A stretch of 64,000 nucleotides of DNA. Source: Octopus bimaculoides. Taxonomy: Eukaryota. The notes beneath the pieces were generated by a model. It was not told the DNA's origin, did not search any database, and saw nothing but the letters and a program-made list of their open reading frames with translations. Of this stretch, positions 37,494 through 52,324 are shown one piece after another. The position numbers were made by a program, and so were the translations under genes. The first letter of the stretch is position 1, and every line of letters begins with the position of its first letter. The DNA lies in NCBI RefSeq assembly GCF_001194135.2, contig NC_068982.1:40160068-40224067 (forward strand). The letters are read 5' to 3'.

Positions 37494-38019
37494 TAGCGCA
37501 TGTAAATTTAAGCACTGATCTAAAACGAACTGATAACCCTTCAGCTGAGTGATCTGACATCCAGCTTGGATTGCTGTAGACATTTGAATACAGTAAGGTC
37601 CACTCACCATAATATAATTTCTGTTACCATGGTACTTGTTTCCGTAGTATCTATTTTAGTCGCAACATCAGAGGAAATAAGCATAAAATTATTTCCTATG
37701 ACATTTTTTTTAAATGTTTATGCTAATTAAATATTTAATCAAGAATATTATTTATCTTCTGTTGTATTTAGGTAGAATTCAATAAAAATAAATATACTTT
37801 TATTTTTCGGTTAATTTTGCATTTAATAATGTTTAATTAGCCAGGTTGTTTTCTTCCGCTAATTAGAATAAAACTTCTGGAATAGAAGATAATGACTATA
37901 CTCCAATGACGAATGTAACAAATTGAGAATTTACGACATGTAAAAGTCAGGCAGTTTCAAAAACACTCTTCCTTCTTTTGCAACTAAATAGCAGACATCA
38001 AATATCTATAAAATTGATG

Positions 38020-38097
<78 letters not shown>

Positions 38098-38349
38098 TTG
38101 TGTATGTGTGTGTACAAAAAAGTTAATATACCTCAATAACTTCTACATCTTTTATTCGATTTCTTTAAAATGTTATACTTAGCAGCTTCATATCCTAAAC
38201 TCGAACATAGTTTACTTAAATTTTTTTTTAATCGATATTGAAGCATCTAGAGCGATAGGAAACCAATAATAAATTATTCCTATTCATTTGCATTAATCGG
38301 TTGTTTTATAACCTGTAGTGTCTTCCATACTTTTTAAAATTTCTTTATA

Positions 38350-38680
38350 GAAGGTAAAGGATTTTGTCTATAAATTTATTTCCATTGTCCACCAGCGACG
38401 GTGAGTAAATTGACTAGGAACACTGAACGCATACATTTACACAATTCTCAACCGATATTCACCAAACTTTACACACACATTACTTATGTCCCAAGGATGG
38501 TCATGCACTTAGCATTTTGCCCGGAACACCCGCGTAAATGGACCTAAATGTGCTAGTTTTTTTTTATGTAGGTTCATCCATGCTTTTCTAATCTTTTAAT
38601 AAAAGTGAAAGGATTTTGTCTATTTATTTCATTGTCAACCTGCCACGGTGATTAAATTGGCTTGGAACACTTTACGCGAT
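38350..38680. repeat. old direct duplication of ~80 bp
   Basis: AAAGGATTTTGTCTAT..CATTGTC..C.ACGGTGA.TAAATTG.CT.GGAACACT occurs at about 38355 and 38607. Confidence 0.6.
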
Positions 38681-40077
38681 GAGTATCCAATACCGAACAA
38701 TCTTAATCTCCATATTTAAACTGCATTAAACTTTGGCAAGCTTACCTTTATCTATTCTGAGTTACTTGAAGGGTGATGTTCCCTTTCCTCTCTTCTATTT
38801 GTTGATACTTTGTTTACCTACCAATGCGTTGTTTTACTTTAAAGATGCTTATTTACCCCTTTATTATGATATTTCGACTGTTGTCTATTGTTTCAAATAC
38901 GTTTTAGTATTGTCGTTCTAGCCTTTGTTTAAACAATCACATATAATTCGTCCCAAAGTATCAACCTCTATATAAGAATTTTGCTTCCACTAACGAAAGC
39001 TATACGTATCTTTGAGAAAGCTTCATGCCAATTAAAATTTTATGCAGTATTCGCTGTTAGTGTGTGTGCAGGCTATGTGAGAAGACAGAATAAAGGGGCT
39101 TGTTAGCTATCTCTCTGAAAAAATAGCCTCATTTGCTGTTGAAAAAAATAAACTTGCAGAGGGGAAGTTTCAACGTCTTCCTTCAATTTTATTAGACCAT
39201 TTATGTGGCTGTTTCTGATAAGAAATTTCGCTTTCATGTAAAACAACTATATTTTGTAGTCATTTCCCGTAAACTACTCCCAAAATACTTCTACTTTGCA
39301 TTGCTTTCAAAATGATATGTTCTATGATCATTAAACTGAAACAACCTGTACGATATCCAGCCGTCAATTTCATTTTCCGTTCCTAGGTTAATCGGAAACG
39401 TAGATTGCCGCGCGACTCAAAAACCTTCTTGGTAGTTCAATTGTTTGAAGAAAAAAATACCACCAAATCAACTTAAACCGTCCAGAGGAAGGGTGCGTTT
39501 GCTAGTTTATAATCAGATTTAAACCTTATCTTATATGTAAATAGAATGTATCTCAAAAGTCTATATATTGATTTTTCACATTGACACTAAGACATAAATT
39601 GTATGGCAGATGTATAGTTTTAATAGACCGATCTCAACACATGATTCATTCTTATTTTATAGATGACAAGGTAGGAAAGGTAACACTGACAACGACAGTT
39701 TATACAAAGGAACATCTTTACTGCAAGTGAGACGTTCTCAAAATATTTTTCTGACGTACCCCAAAATTGCTAGACATGATGAGAAGATGTGTTAGGATAT
39801 CCTTTATGGATAACATAAACTAGATAACTCTCTATATTCTCTCATGGATACAAAAAAAAACAAGTCATGCATAATTCATTATAAATAAAATTTGTAAGTC
39901 AAGGTTTCCAAATAATATATTTGATAATACATTTTTCATTAGTATTAGGTGCAGGCATGGGTATGTCATTAAGAGTCTCGACTTGCAAGCATATGGTTTC
40001 GTGTTCAATCGTAAGGTATGGCAACTTGTGCGAATGCCTTGTGAGTTAATTTGGTTGACGAAAACAATGAAACCTGT

Positions 40078-40124
<47 letters not shown>

Positions 40125-40732
40125 AAAATTGGACAAGGTAGAAAATGCTAAAATATTTTTAACGTGAAGAACGTTTTAGTACCGGTTTCAGTCTTTGCGA
40201 CTTTTCAACTTAGAGTAAAGCATGAAAAACAATTAAATTGTGGAAAAATTAAATGTTTGCTGAATGCTATTTTTCTGTATTCCCGAATTTTAATCTGGGG
40301 TCTATGTAAGATCATCCTACATAGATCCCAAAAGATGACACTACATACTTCCCAGATTAAAATTCGGAGCGAACACATCAACATTTGCGCCACTAGCGAA
40401 CAACCCAACTTCAGAATTTTTTCCCTCTATACATTCAGGGACGATGCAACCTATAATCAGCGCATTAGAGTCATATTTATCGCAAAACGTAAACCCCTTT
40501 TGAATGCTTCCAATATTTTGAATGCTTCCATCACAAATGACACTACAACAAGTGTCTTAGAATAATACCCACGCAAATATAAAAAAACGATATATTCAGA
40601 ACAGTCACTACTCAGGAATTTACTCAGAACAATTCTAATCACTACTACTATAATCACAACGGATCACTTTTAGATTACTTGACCATTTAAGAAAACTCCA
40701 CAAACAGCCTATTGCTGTCATACCACTCCCAT

Positions 40733-40852
40733 GTTCTTCTTCTTCTTCTTTTTCTTCTTCTTCTTCTTCTTCTTCTTCTTCTTCTTCTTCTTCTTCTTCT
40801 TCTTCTTCTTCTTCTTCTTCTTCTTCTTCTTCTTCTTCTTCTTCTTCTTCTT
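40733..40852. repeat. (CTT)n microsatellite
   Basis: Direct inspection; source of the poly-L/F/R ORFs. Confidence 0.95.
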
Positions 40853-40980
40853 CGCCGTTTCCTTCCTCGGCTACTGTTGTTTAAACAATCAAATCCAAGA
40901 ACCCACATCCCTCATTTTAAATATTTCATCAGATCTGCCACTACCTACCTACCGAGCCTTCACAAAAGTAAAAGGGAGAC

Positions 40981-41027
<47 letters not shown>

Positions 41028-41422
41028 TAGAGAGAGGGAGAGAGAGAGAGAGACAAACAGACAGACAGACAGAGACAGACAGACAGAGAGAAAAAGGAAA
41101 ATGTCCTATGTAATTGAAAAACCCTCGAAATATTTTTTTTAATCATTTCATTTAATTTTTCCACGATTTAATTGTCTTTCATGCTTTACTTGAAGTTGAA
41201 AAAGTCGCAAAGACTGAAACCGGTACTAAAATTTTCTTCATGATAAATTTATCTTAGCATTTTCTACCTTGTCCTATTTTCCTTATACATATCAACTCGT
41301 GTGTTACTTTTCAACCTTCTACAAACACACACACATATATATATATATGTATGTATCTATATGTATGTATATGTATGTACGTGCATGTATGTGCGTGTAT
41401 TCGTGCTTGTGTTTCTCTTCCC

Positions 41423-41475
<53 letters not shown>

Positions 41476-42938
41476 CACACACGCACACAGCCAGTGTAGG
41501 TTCGTTTATACCCACGAAATATAGCGGCTCGTTAAAGAGACAGGCAGATCTAACTTCAAAAATAAATACTTGTATCTATGAACTCGACTAAACCCTTCAA
41601 GGTGGTGTCCAAGCATAGCTGCAGTCCACAGACTGACAAAGATAAAGGATAAAAGACTATTCAATAAATCCGTTGGGATTACTTCAAATATTCAGTGCTT
41701 TTTCATATCTGACATGGTCGCGCACTTTCTATTGTGTATCACAGTTCGAAAACCCTTCCTATGGGGCATTTAATGCGGCGTTTTTTTCCTTCGCTCTACT
41801 TCCCCACTGATCATGATATTGTTTCTGATATTCCAAGAGTTTCATTTATTAAGAGTAAATCCACAATGCTGTTATTTCTGGTATCAAACTCTTGAACAAG
41901 CTTACAACATTTTTATTCTTCTTCGGGTGACTGTAGCTGTAATATTAGGCCTAAGGACTGAACTGGTCCTTATTTTACCGACCCAAGAACAATTTTTGGT
42001 AAAGGCAATACTGAGCATGAGTCTCTACAGATCATGTCATTCATTTCCCTAAGGCAGTTAATTAATAAAGTAATAAGATAACTTATATCAATCAAGACAA
42101 CTATAATGAGTATACGAATACCGTGAAGACTGGATTTTGGAATAACGAGAAACAAATTGCTTTTGAAACCCATGTATATTTACTTGTCTATTTATCAATC
42201 GATCGTTATATTTACCGGTTTGCTTTTCTCTCCCCCCCCCTCTCTCTCTGTCTCTGTCTCTCTCTAACTCATTCTCTCTCTCTCTCTAACTCATTCTCTC
42301 TCTCTCTCTAACTCATTCTCTCTCTCCCTGTCTTTCTCTCTCTTTACACACATACAGTCTCTCTCTCACACATACATATACAACCATAAATACATAGATA
42401 GATAGAAAGACATTCATACACACACAAATACGCACGCACACTCATATGTCTGTGTATGTGGGTGTGTATGTATGTATGTATGTATGTATGTATACAGAGA
42501 GAGACAAAGAGAGTAAAAAATATATATTCCAAAGCAGATTGCTGGTTATGATGTACGTAACGAAAACTACTTTCATGAATGGTTTTAACAACTTCTGAAC
42601 AGTGTCAGTGCCAGAAGTAAAAAAAAAGCTACTTACATTTCCGAAAGAACAAGTCACTTATTAGACATGAGAAGAAACAGTGTATCAAATAAACAAGAAA
42701 AAATAAAACCGATCAACTATTCCTGTCAATACTCTGCGGGTAACAAATTCGTACTGTAGCTCCAGGCAAATGAAAACTTCGCGCAATTTCGTTCCCAATA
42801 GGAAACACTTTACATAAATTCACTATCAACTCTTGTTAAAGCTATTTCATCTGCCTTACAGTTAACAATCGTCCATGTAGTTTCAAGAAGAAAAATACAC
42901 ACTCACACAAACATGAACACACATCCATACCTACACAT

Positions 42939-43017
<79 letters not shown>

Positions 43018-43430
43018 TATATATGTATATATATGCATTTATATACATATTTAAATACATATATACTTATATNNNNNNNNNNNNNNNNNNNNNNNNNNNA
43101 TATATATATATATCTATATATATATATATGCATACATGTGTGTGTATGTATATATGTATGTGTGTATGTATGTATGTATGTATGTATGTATATATTGTAT
43201 GATATGGAACTCTACAGTCTGTTGAGTAGAGAGATATATTTATTAGGTCGACAAATGAGAGTTTTTTCAGAGTTTGACCTTTTGCTGAGTAGTCAAGGGA
43301 GAAACTTAGAGTTAACTGATATTTTCTGATATGAAAAGATACCTGTATGCGTCCGTATGTGCGCGCATGTGTATGTATGTGTCTGTTTGTGAGTGTTAGT
43401 GTATGTATGTTTGTGTTTAAAGGAGACTAA

Positions 43431-43619
43431 GTGAGAAGGAGAAAAGACGAAATAGAGTGGACAGTGTTCACTGAGCACTGTTATTCAAAACTTGCCCAGC
43501 AACCCTTCAATAAAATGTATTTGGCACGCTCAGTATTTATGCGACAGACAAGCAAACCTCTGAACTTGAGACTGAAACTCCTGTTGAACCGGGGTAGTGT
43601 ACCGACTGTAATTTTATGA
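43431..43619 (+). pseudogene. possible THAP-domain C-terminal remnant (transposon-derived)
   Basis: ORF ends LNLRLKLLLNRGSVPTVIL, resembling the THAP AVPTIF box; N-terminal Cys ligands absent; preceded by TTAA-AGG. Confidence 0.3.
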
Positions 43620-46570
43620 TTAATGAATTTGTTTCAGTGGTGAAGTTAATTTTGAGATGCGCACTGAGTTTATCGCCCTGCTGTATCTGGACATAGTAAC
43701 ATGTTTGCAAGAAGAGAAACAAAAAAGTTGTGAAAAGGCGCGTGGTTCTGATTCTTATCTTAAAACTGCTGATATTGTTTAACCTTTGAATGTTCCTATG
43801 GCCTTGGGTATACCATGACATTCCGAAAATTCCATTTGTTCTTATATCAAAACGTGGGAAAATTATGCGACAAAAGGCTACAATTGTTTGAAGAAACGTG
43901 TCGGACCAAACATTGTTTGCGTTACGGGTTCGTTTCTATATTGGCGCATTTTAATTCACGTACCATTGTAACATTGAAGAGAGAGAGGCATAAATGCTTG
44001 TGTTGCTGTTTTGTAAATTCTTTTACTAAATCCCTAATATTGTGTTGCATTAAAAAAAATCAATATTTTTGCCGAAGCAGTACATTTAGGGTATTTGCAT
44101 GAAAAACATAAATTCAGAGTAAAAAGGTGATATAATGTAAAGTCTGGTAAGATTTATGAAAGGAAAGATAGTGACTTAAATAAATAATTGAAGTAGGTAC
44201 AACATGTGTATCTATATTGACTTTAAAATATAATCATCGATTTTGAAATACATGAGCATTTGTATATGGCTTAACTCAACATTCGACAACGAAGTTAATA
44301 TTTATTAGTCAAGATTTTTTTTCGTTCAAACAAATGACGTATTGTTTATAGTTGGCGACAGATGGACTGTATGTAAATTATATAATTCATAGAACAGAAC
44401 TGAATAATAAACTGATCTGTAATTTGATTTTATATTAGAGGCAATATTGAATACTTTTCAGGTTACTGTTTTGAATTTATGGGTAATCTTCAGCATAGAG
44501 CTTCGGCCGAGTTTGTCTCTGACGCTTCGTATAGACTTAATTGCATTACTGATGTATTCTTTCGCATTTGCATAAATCATTTCAAATGTCTGTCCTTTCT
44601 GTACATCCTCACACATAAATACACGCACATACAAACATTTAAATCCTTATGAATGGGTGAGTATTTATGTGTACGTGTGGGTATGTGTATATGTGTGGGT
44701 ATATGTGTAGCAATTTAAAAATATAAACACGTCTTTTTTAAAACTTTTCAGGCTCTCTTGAATCAGTTATGATGGTAAATATATTTGATAGACATTAATT
44801 CGGTAAATGTTAATTTTGAACATTTCTATATTAATGCAAAGAGGGAAATAATGAGCCGTGGTTTTATAGAAGACTCGAAGTCTTGCTGAAGGTAAATTGG
44901 ATAAAGCATTTTGAATGGAATCATGGTAAAACACCAAAGTGTGGATGAAGGGGAGTATCGAGAGAAATCAGGCTGAGCGACTTCCATTGAACTCTTTGAG
45001 ATACAGAGACGACCGTAGTAACGATAGAAGAGATACAGAGTGCGAGTCAATAGCTGTAAATTATTGTGAAGTTTCATAACGTACTGCTCATTGCTCTGAT
45101 TACTATTGATATTAATGATTAATTGGGAACTGTACTGGATGGATAAATTACATTGAATGTTGTAAACTTTGCCACATGGTGTGCATTGATTTGTGTATAT
45201 TGTGTTTGCTGTCGTGCACTGCAGGAATAGAAATGAACTGAGATATTTATTCTCTATGGACTGGTGTATATTCCGTTGGACTTGTAATGCTTATGCAAAG
45301 TGACGTACACTGTACTGAAGCAGTAAACTCTGTTCGTTGACGTATTCTGTAATGATTGGCGTAAAATTGACGTAAAACAAGCATATGCGTTGTATATCGA
45401 TTAAATCAAACACCACAAGATGCGTATAGTACTAATTGGTGAAAACTGCACTGACGTTTCTATGTTGAATAATATTGGTTGATGTATTTTTATATCGTTA
45501 TTGCCCTTATCGTCTCCAATGCCTCAAGTTCACACGCAACAAGAAATTTTACTGGATATCAATACAAATCATTGTATTATGTTTATAGTTGGAGATGTGT
45601 CTTTCTATGTGTGTAGTTTTCCTTTAGAATTATATAGAGTTTCGTGTACTTGCTGCTCATTTAAGCATATATTCTGCGTGTATTTAAGTGTGGATGATTC
45701 ATTCGTAACTATGAGGATATATTCTTGCGTCCTTCTATTTTGTAATTTAGATTGAGTGCATTTACGCTACTACAAAACTATACCTCTACCCCTGAAAATA
45801 TACAACTGACCGAACCAACAAGAGGTATCTTCGATGTCACTTTACCTGTTAGAAATAGCAACCAAATCCCTTTCAGAAATATACTACCTTCGAGTAATAT
45901 GTTTCTATACACACAGTTCCCGAAGGAAAGATGGAATCAGTAGTACGGACCCCAAACTTACGTCATAATTCTGCTCCATCAGGACTGACATGGAGGAAAA
46001 CAACAAAAAAGAACTCAAATGTAACCTCCATCATCTGAAAACCTTTTTCGGTGACCTACTATGTACGACATAACTGTTCAAAAAAGGTTTTTCATATTAA
46101 CAAGTACACCGCGTGTGGATACCGCTCGTATATCTCGGCCAGTATATTGACTGCATAATCATATTCTACATACCAGCCATTCTGCTCGATACACAAGATT
46201 TGAGCAAAAAATACACAGCAATCACTTTCTCCAGAGACGATATATTCCTACTATTGCTTTTAAAAATGGTAACCGCCCATCTGAAATTTGAAGCGTTACC
46301 AATTTTAACAAAACGCAGCTGTTAAACAATTCACCCAATTCTCCGTCATTTTATTAAATGAATGCAACATATACCATGATCTAAATACCAATGCAGTCCA
46401 TTTTTTCTTTACCAGATTTGCTACCTAGAGGAAATCCATTTCGAAGTAAAACTCAACAGTGTGACATTTATTGGGCTGAAAGAATTAGCAGCGGTTAATG
46501 GCATCAGCATTCTTCTTCACACTACTTCATAAAATATGTATTTTGTATGCATCTAGATTAATGAAAGTGT

Positions 46571-46688
<118 letters not shown>

Positions 46689-46877
46689 GTATGTACGTAC
46701 ACATTCATATATATATTGATATTTTATATATCGTTGACTGAAGATTCGGATATCTGTAACTGAAGAGTTCAAATCTATTTCAAAATCATCCATGTCATTA
46801 GCAGCCGTTTATTTGTAGGGTTTGATCATATGAAAAACCAATGAATTGGTTTAACAACTATGATTTCAATAATTTAA

Positions 46878-47085
46878 TATTGGTTTCTAATTTGGCACAA
46901 GGCCAGCAATTTCAGTGGAGGAGATAAGTAGACTACATCGACCCCAGTGATTAATTGGTACTTATTTTATCTACCATGAAAGGATGAAAGGCAAAAAATC
47001 GTACTCGGCGGAATTTGAACCCAAAACGGAAAGACGGGCGAAATGCCCCTAAGCTTTTGCCCAGCTTTGCTAACGATTCTACTAG
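46878..47085 (-). mobile_element. SINE family B
   Basis: GGTACTTATTTTATC, AAAGGATGAAAGGCAAA, GAATTTGAACCC and GCTAACGATTCT, all reversed. Confidence 0.8.
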
Positions 47086-47959
47086 CTTTCTAATAGTCTA
47101 ATATTAATATACACATGTGTGTGTGTATGTGTGTGTGTGTTTGTGTGTGTTTGTGTGTGTGTGTGTNNNNNNNNNNNNNNNNNNNNNNNNNNNNNNNNNN
47201 NNNNNNNNNNNNNNNNNNNNNNNNNNNNNNNNNNNNNNNNNNNNNNNNNNNNNNNNNNNNNNNNNNNNNNNNNNNNNNNNNNNNNNNNNNNNNNNNNNNN
47301 NNNNNNNNNNNNNNNNNNNNNNNNNNNNNNNNNNNNNNNNNNNNNNNNNNNNNNNNNNNNNNNNNNNNNNNNNNNNNNNNNNNNNNNNNNNNNNNNNNNN
47401 NNNNNNNNNNNNNNNNNNNNNNNNNNNNNNNNNNNNNNNNNNNNNNNNNNNNNNNNNNNNNNNNNNNNNNNNNNNNNNNNNNNNNNNNNNNNNNNNNNNN
47501 NNNNNNNNNNNNNNNNNNNNNNNNNNNNNNNNNNNNNNNNNNNNNNNNNNNNNNNNNNNNNNNNNNNNNNNNNNNNNNNNNNNNNNNNNNNNNNNNNNNN
47601 NNNNNNNNNNNNNNNNNNNNNNNNNNNNNNNNNNNNNNNNNNNNNNNNNNNNNNNNNNNNNNNNNNNNNNNNNNNNNNNNNNNNNNNNNNNNNNNNNNNN
47701 NNNNNNNNNNNNNNNNNNNNNNNNNNNNNNNNNNNNNNNNNNNNNNNNNNNNNNNNNNNNNNNNNNNNNNNNNNNNNNNNNNNNNNNNNNNNNNNNNNNN
47801 NNNNNNNNNNNNNNNNNNNNNNNNNNNNNNNNNNNNNNNNNNNNNNNNNNNNNNNNNNNNNNNNNNNNNNNNNNNNNNNNNNNNNNNNNNNNNNNNNNNN
47901 NNNNNNNNNNNNNNNNNNNNNNNNNNNNNNNNNNNNNNNNNNNNNNNNNNNNNNNNNNN

Positions 47960-47996
<37 letters not shown>

Positions 47997-48049
47997 GGTA
48001 CAGTTACACTAAAATCAGAAATTGCGATATAATTGTCCATTGTAGTCAT

Positions 48050-48600
48050 CCAAACAAAGCTATCAATATAAAAGATACCTAGAACAGCATGAGCAAACTA
48101 ACGATTCCCAAATGCAATAACAACCCAAATAAAAAATTTCCTGAAAGCTCATTTAATGACCATCATTAAATAGCTCTCACATGTGGTAACTTGATACACG
48201 TAAGAGCAGTGGCAAAAGAGCAGAGACTCTAACACACGTGCTTATTAACGAAGTGACTAGAATGATATGCTATCCTGTATGTGTGAGTACTTCTGCTCGG
48301 TTGAAGACATGTGTGATGAAACAAAACATAAATGTCCATTATAACATTAAAAGACATGGCTCCATCATATCTAAATTGAATTGTTAAACTATTAAGATAA
48401 TAATCTAACGAATGTGTTATGGAATATTGTGCAGCAATGTAGAGTTCTGTCGGTATTAACTGTATCAATCCGCATTTGGACATACATAATATCTCAGAGA
48501 GATGCCAATTTCCTTTTATAATGTTTCATTTGCTAATATACGAAGAATTCGTTGATGGCTCTGTGAAAAAGTTTGAAGACATTAGAATATTGTATTAGCG
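48050..48600 (+). mobile_element. decayed Penelope-like GIY-YIG C-terminal relic
   Basis: Remnants STSARLKT..HYNIKRHGSIISKL and KDNNLTNVLWNIVQQCR resemble the PLE endonuclease tail; multiple disruptions. Confidence 0.3.
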
Positions 48601-49489
48601 GTCAGTAACGAAGATTAGTGATATACATTAATCCTCGTTTAATCTTCGGGAAAAAAATCACGTTACCAGTATTTATTGATTTACAACGTTCTGCATAAAG
48701 CAAATATATTTGGGAATTGGGAATTGCTGCCGATTTAATAGGATGGTATGATTATAAATCAGAATATAAAGGGATGTAATCAAATACTGCAAGAAACTTT
48801 GCCACTTCTCCATCCATAGCCCTTAAGGATGTATAAAAATATATTCAACATAAAATTTGCAATATAAAGAATACTTCAATCAATAAATGCTGTAAATAGT
48901 AACTCTAGAATAATTTCATCGGTAACTCAGTTTTCTTTATGCTTTTTTCTTCCAATAAAATCTCATTTTAATAGTGATTTAGGTATAAATTTCCCAATAA
49001 AAGAGCTGAGAGGTAGTAAAATATTACAGTTCATCCTTCAAATATTAATACATAACAAGAATATGTTAATATTCTTTTATATAATTGTTTTCCAGGCCAG
49101 CAGCTTTATGATTTATAGCCTGACAATTTAAAAGATAATCCGTTCTTATTTGCTTTCATATATGTGCATACATCATACAGTAGCTTTAAGAAAATGATAA
49201 AATTCATTTTTTCAGTCATTCGTATTAATTGTGTAGATTAGATACAAAAGAGAGTACGTGCCATCTAAAGAAAATGTCAACAATCAAACTAAACTGGATC
49301 CCATATTTACAAAGTGTGTAATAATGTTAATTTATTTCAAATATGGTCATGAATTTCTTCAAATAGCTTCCTTTCTTACTAAGTAAATGACAATATAATG
49401 CGTGACTTTCAAAACGCAATTAACCTTTACCAAGTTGTTATAAAATCGGGTCCTGTGACTGATTTTGTCATTCATCATTTATGTACATA

Positions 49490-49715
49490 TCCCATTGGTG
49501 AACTGAAAGAATCGTTAGCATGCCGGTCAAAGTGCTTAGCATTATTTCGCTCGGCTTTACGTTCTGAGTTCAAATACGAACCCTGACTTTGCTTTTCCTC
49601 CTTTCGAAGTCGATAAAATAAGTATCAGTTGAGCACTGATGACGATGTAATTGTCTTACCCACTTCTACCAAGATTTCAAGCGCTGTGTCTATAGCAGAA
49701 ACGATTATTATTATA
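49490..49715 (+). mobile_element. SINE family B
   Basis: GAATCGTTAGCATGCCGG, GAGTTCAAAT, CCTTTCGAAGTCGATAAAATAAGTA. Confidence 0.8.
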
Positions 49716-50067
49716 ATTAGTTAATGCAAAATAAAGTAAAGCTGCTATACCTCTCCTTAATGGTATTAAACTAAAATATATGAGTGGCTAATATACTATT
49801 TGAATATGCAGTTTAATGTTGGAAAGAAGAATTAATAGGAAGAGTATTTGAGGTGGAAATCTTCACCAGAAATGCATTTCATTGGAATTGTAGGCATGCA
49901 AGATAAATTAACAATAGGTGACAAAATTTCGATGTATATATGGGCGAACTCATGTTCAGTCATTTAGATCCAGAAAAACAGAGGTCATAGTGATAGAGTA
50001 ATAGTAGAAACGTTTATTGCATAAAACACACATAGAGAACGATGTTAATTAGAATAGTCTTTCACAG

Positions 50068-50149
50068 TGTATGTAATCATTAAAAAGTATCTTCCATAAT
50101 GTATGTAATCATTAAAATAGTCGTCCATAATGTATGTAATCATAATAGT
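50068..50149. repeat. ~31 bp minisatellite x2.6
   Basis: Unit TGTATGTAATCATTAAAA..GT..TCCATAA. Confidence 0.75.
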
Positions 50150-52324
50150 ATGTTTTGTACAAAACATTTTCGTTGATAAAAATGGTGTAAAAAATGTGGA
50201 TATTTTCAAATTCATAAATATTTTACTGCTTAAAAATCAAACTTTCTTACAGTACAAGAGTTAAAGATTGCCACACTGATGGATTTTTTTATTGTATTAA
50301 AATAAAATGCATTCATTTCTTCGGCTGTTAAATTGTCATTAGCGTAGAGTTATTAACACACATTTTAATTAATCTTTCGTAGTGGATGCCCGTGGGACAA
50401 TACTGACGGTGACGGTTTAGAACATTTGTTTATGGTTAACTACTGCAGATCTTTTTGTAACATTGTCTGGGTGAACATGAACTCATGAAATGCCACGTTT
50501 CATATTGGCTGAACTAACGTAATGTATAGCTGTGAGCTAATTCTTGCAAGAATTAAACGATTTTACCATGAACACAACAGAGTGCTGTCGAGAGAGTATG
50601 AACTGTCACCAGTCGATATCTACACACTTTGTTTGTCTCACTTCAAACATACAACAAACTCTTCATTACTTATTTGTAGACGGGCATCTTAACTACTATG
50701 CCAGTTGAAATTTGCTAGACTGATGTACAAATATGTTATACGTTGTATTCTATTCTATTGCACTGTTGAGATTTCATTAAATTAAGATACAGTACCTTAT
50801 AATTTACTTAGCAGACCAAAAATATGACTAAAATACCTTGAGGACTGAACATATTTTGCATACTTCCTTATGTCAATTTCCTTTTTCTTTTTTCAATAAT
50901 AATGTTGATTAATATTGTATTATTTGAAACATATATCTTTTTCTAAGACTTCAAGCTCTTTATTAAAGGCGGGAGTATTGAAAGAATCGAGATAATACAG
51001 TCGAGTCAACCAACAGTTATATAGATATTATTTAATGAATTCCTGAGGAAGAAAGATAAAAGAGGTTTAGAATGCTTTAACAGTGTTTTATCCAGAGCGC
51101 TTTCAGAAATATTAGGCATATAATACGATTACCAAATATAATATGCGTCGATACTTCAAAGAGAAGTTTCTATAAGTTTCTGTTTTATTTTCAAATATCC
51201 ATTTCTTAAATAAGTGCAAAAGCTATGTGCATTACTCCAGTTTTGTATGTACCTAAGAAGACAAGTTTCATCTAATTTTCTACTAGGAGCTTATTAGTAA
51301 TGTAATACAGTATTTATATTTCTTTAAAGAGTATCACCAATTTGAATCAAGTGAAATACCGCCAAAAATTACTATCAAAAATTGCCAACGTTCTCTGACT
51401 GCTCAGAGCATTTCACTCTGTATAGCTTATCAGACACTTCTAAATATTCATTTTATAGGGATAATTTAAATATCAATACTTAATATTACAAGTAAATAGT
51501 ACAGCTAATTTTTAAAGAATTCTTCTACCAAAAGCATTCTATATGATAACTTTCTTTTTTGGATGGTTTTATCATAGAGATTACTTGAAGACAAAATAAT
51601 AGTGCAGTTAAGTGCCGTTTTTAATACATGATATTTGATATACTCGCAAGCTGCTCATCCTGCCTGGTATTGTGAAATATCCCTTTCCACTTGATATTAC
51701 TAACACAGGTCATAGGCTGAAATCGATATAATTCTCATATTTCACTTCTTGATTTTTAATTGACCATCGAGTTCAAGCTTTATTTCTTCATAGTTTTATT
51801 ATTATGTATAATCTACGAGTTTATTAATAGATTTCAGTGCATTCTAATATCTTACAAAAATTGTTTCGGCATTTGTAATTTTAAACGTCTGTACATGTAC
51901 CACTTATTTGAAATGCTATATAATAGAAGACAGACATTGCAACTGATATGGCCGAGTTGAAAATATACTGGATTTTGTCACGAATGTTTTAACTTAGTCT
52001 TAGAGAATGGTGAAAACATTTCCAAGATACAAGTACTTCTTTTAGTATAATTCTTGAAGATTTCATTAGCTATAGTATTATTTATAATCAAATCATATGA
52101 ATGTGTCTGAGTCTGTGTTTGTGTGTATGTGTATGTGTGTGTGTTTGTGCGTGTGTGTTTGTGTGTATGTGTGTGTGTGTGTGTGTGTGCGCGCGCGCGC
52201 GTGCGTGCGTGTGTGAGTGTAAGATTCCGGGGGTTCAAGACTCACGATTTGGTTTGAAAGTTACACCAACCCCCGAATTGAACGCCGTGGTATGGTACCT
52301 AGGATCCACCCTCTCCATCTAGAG

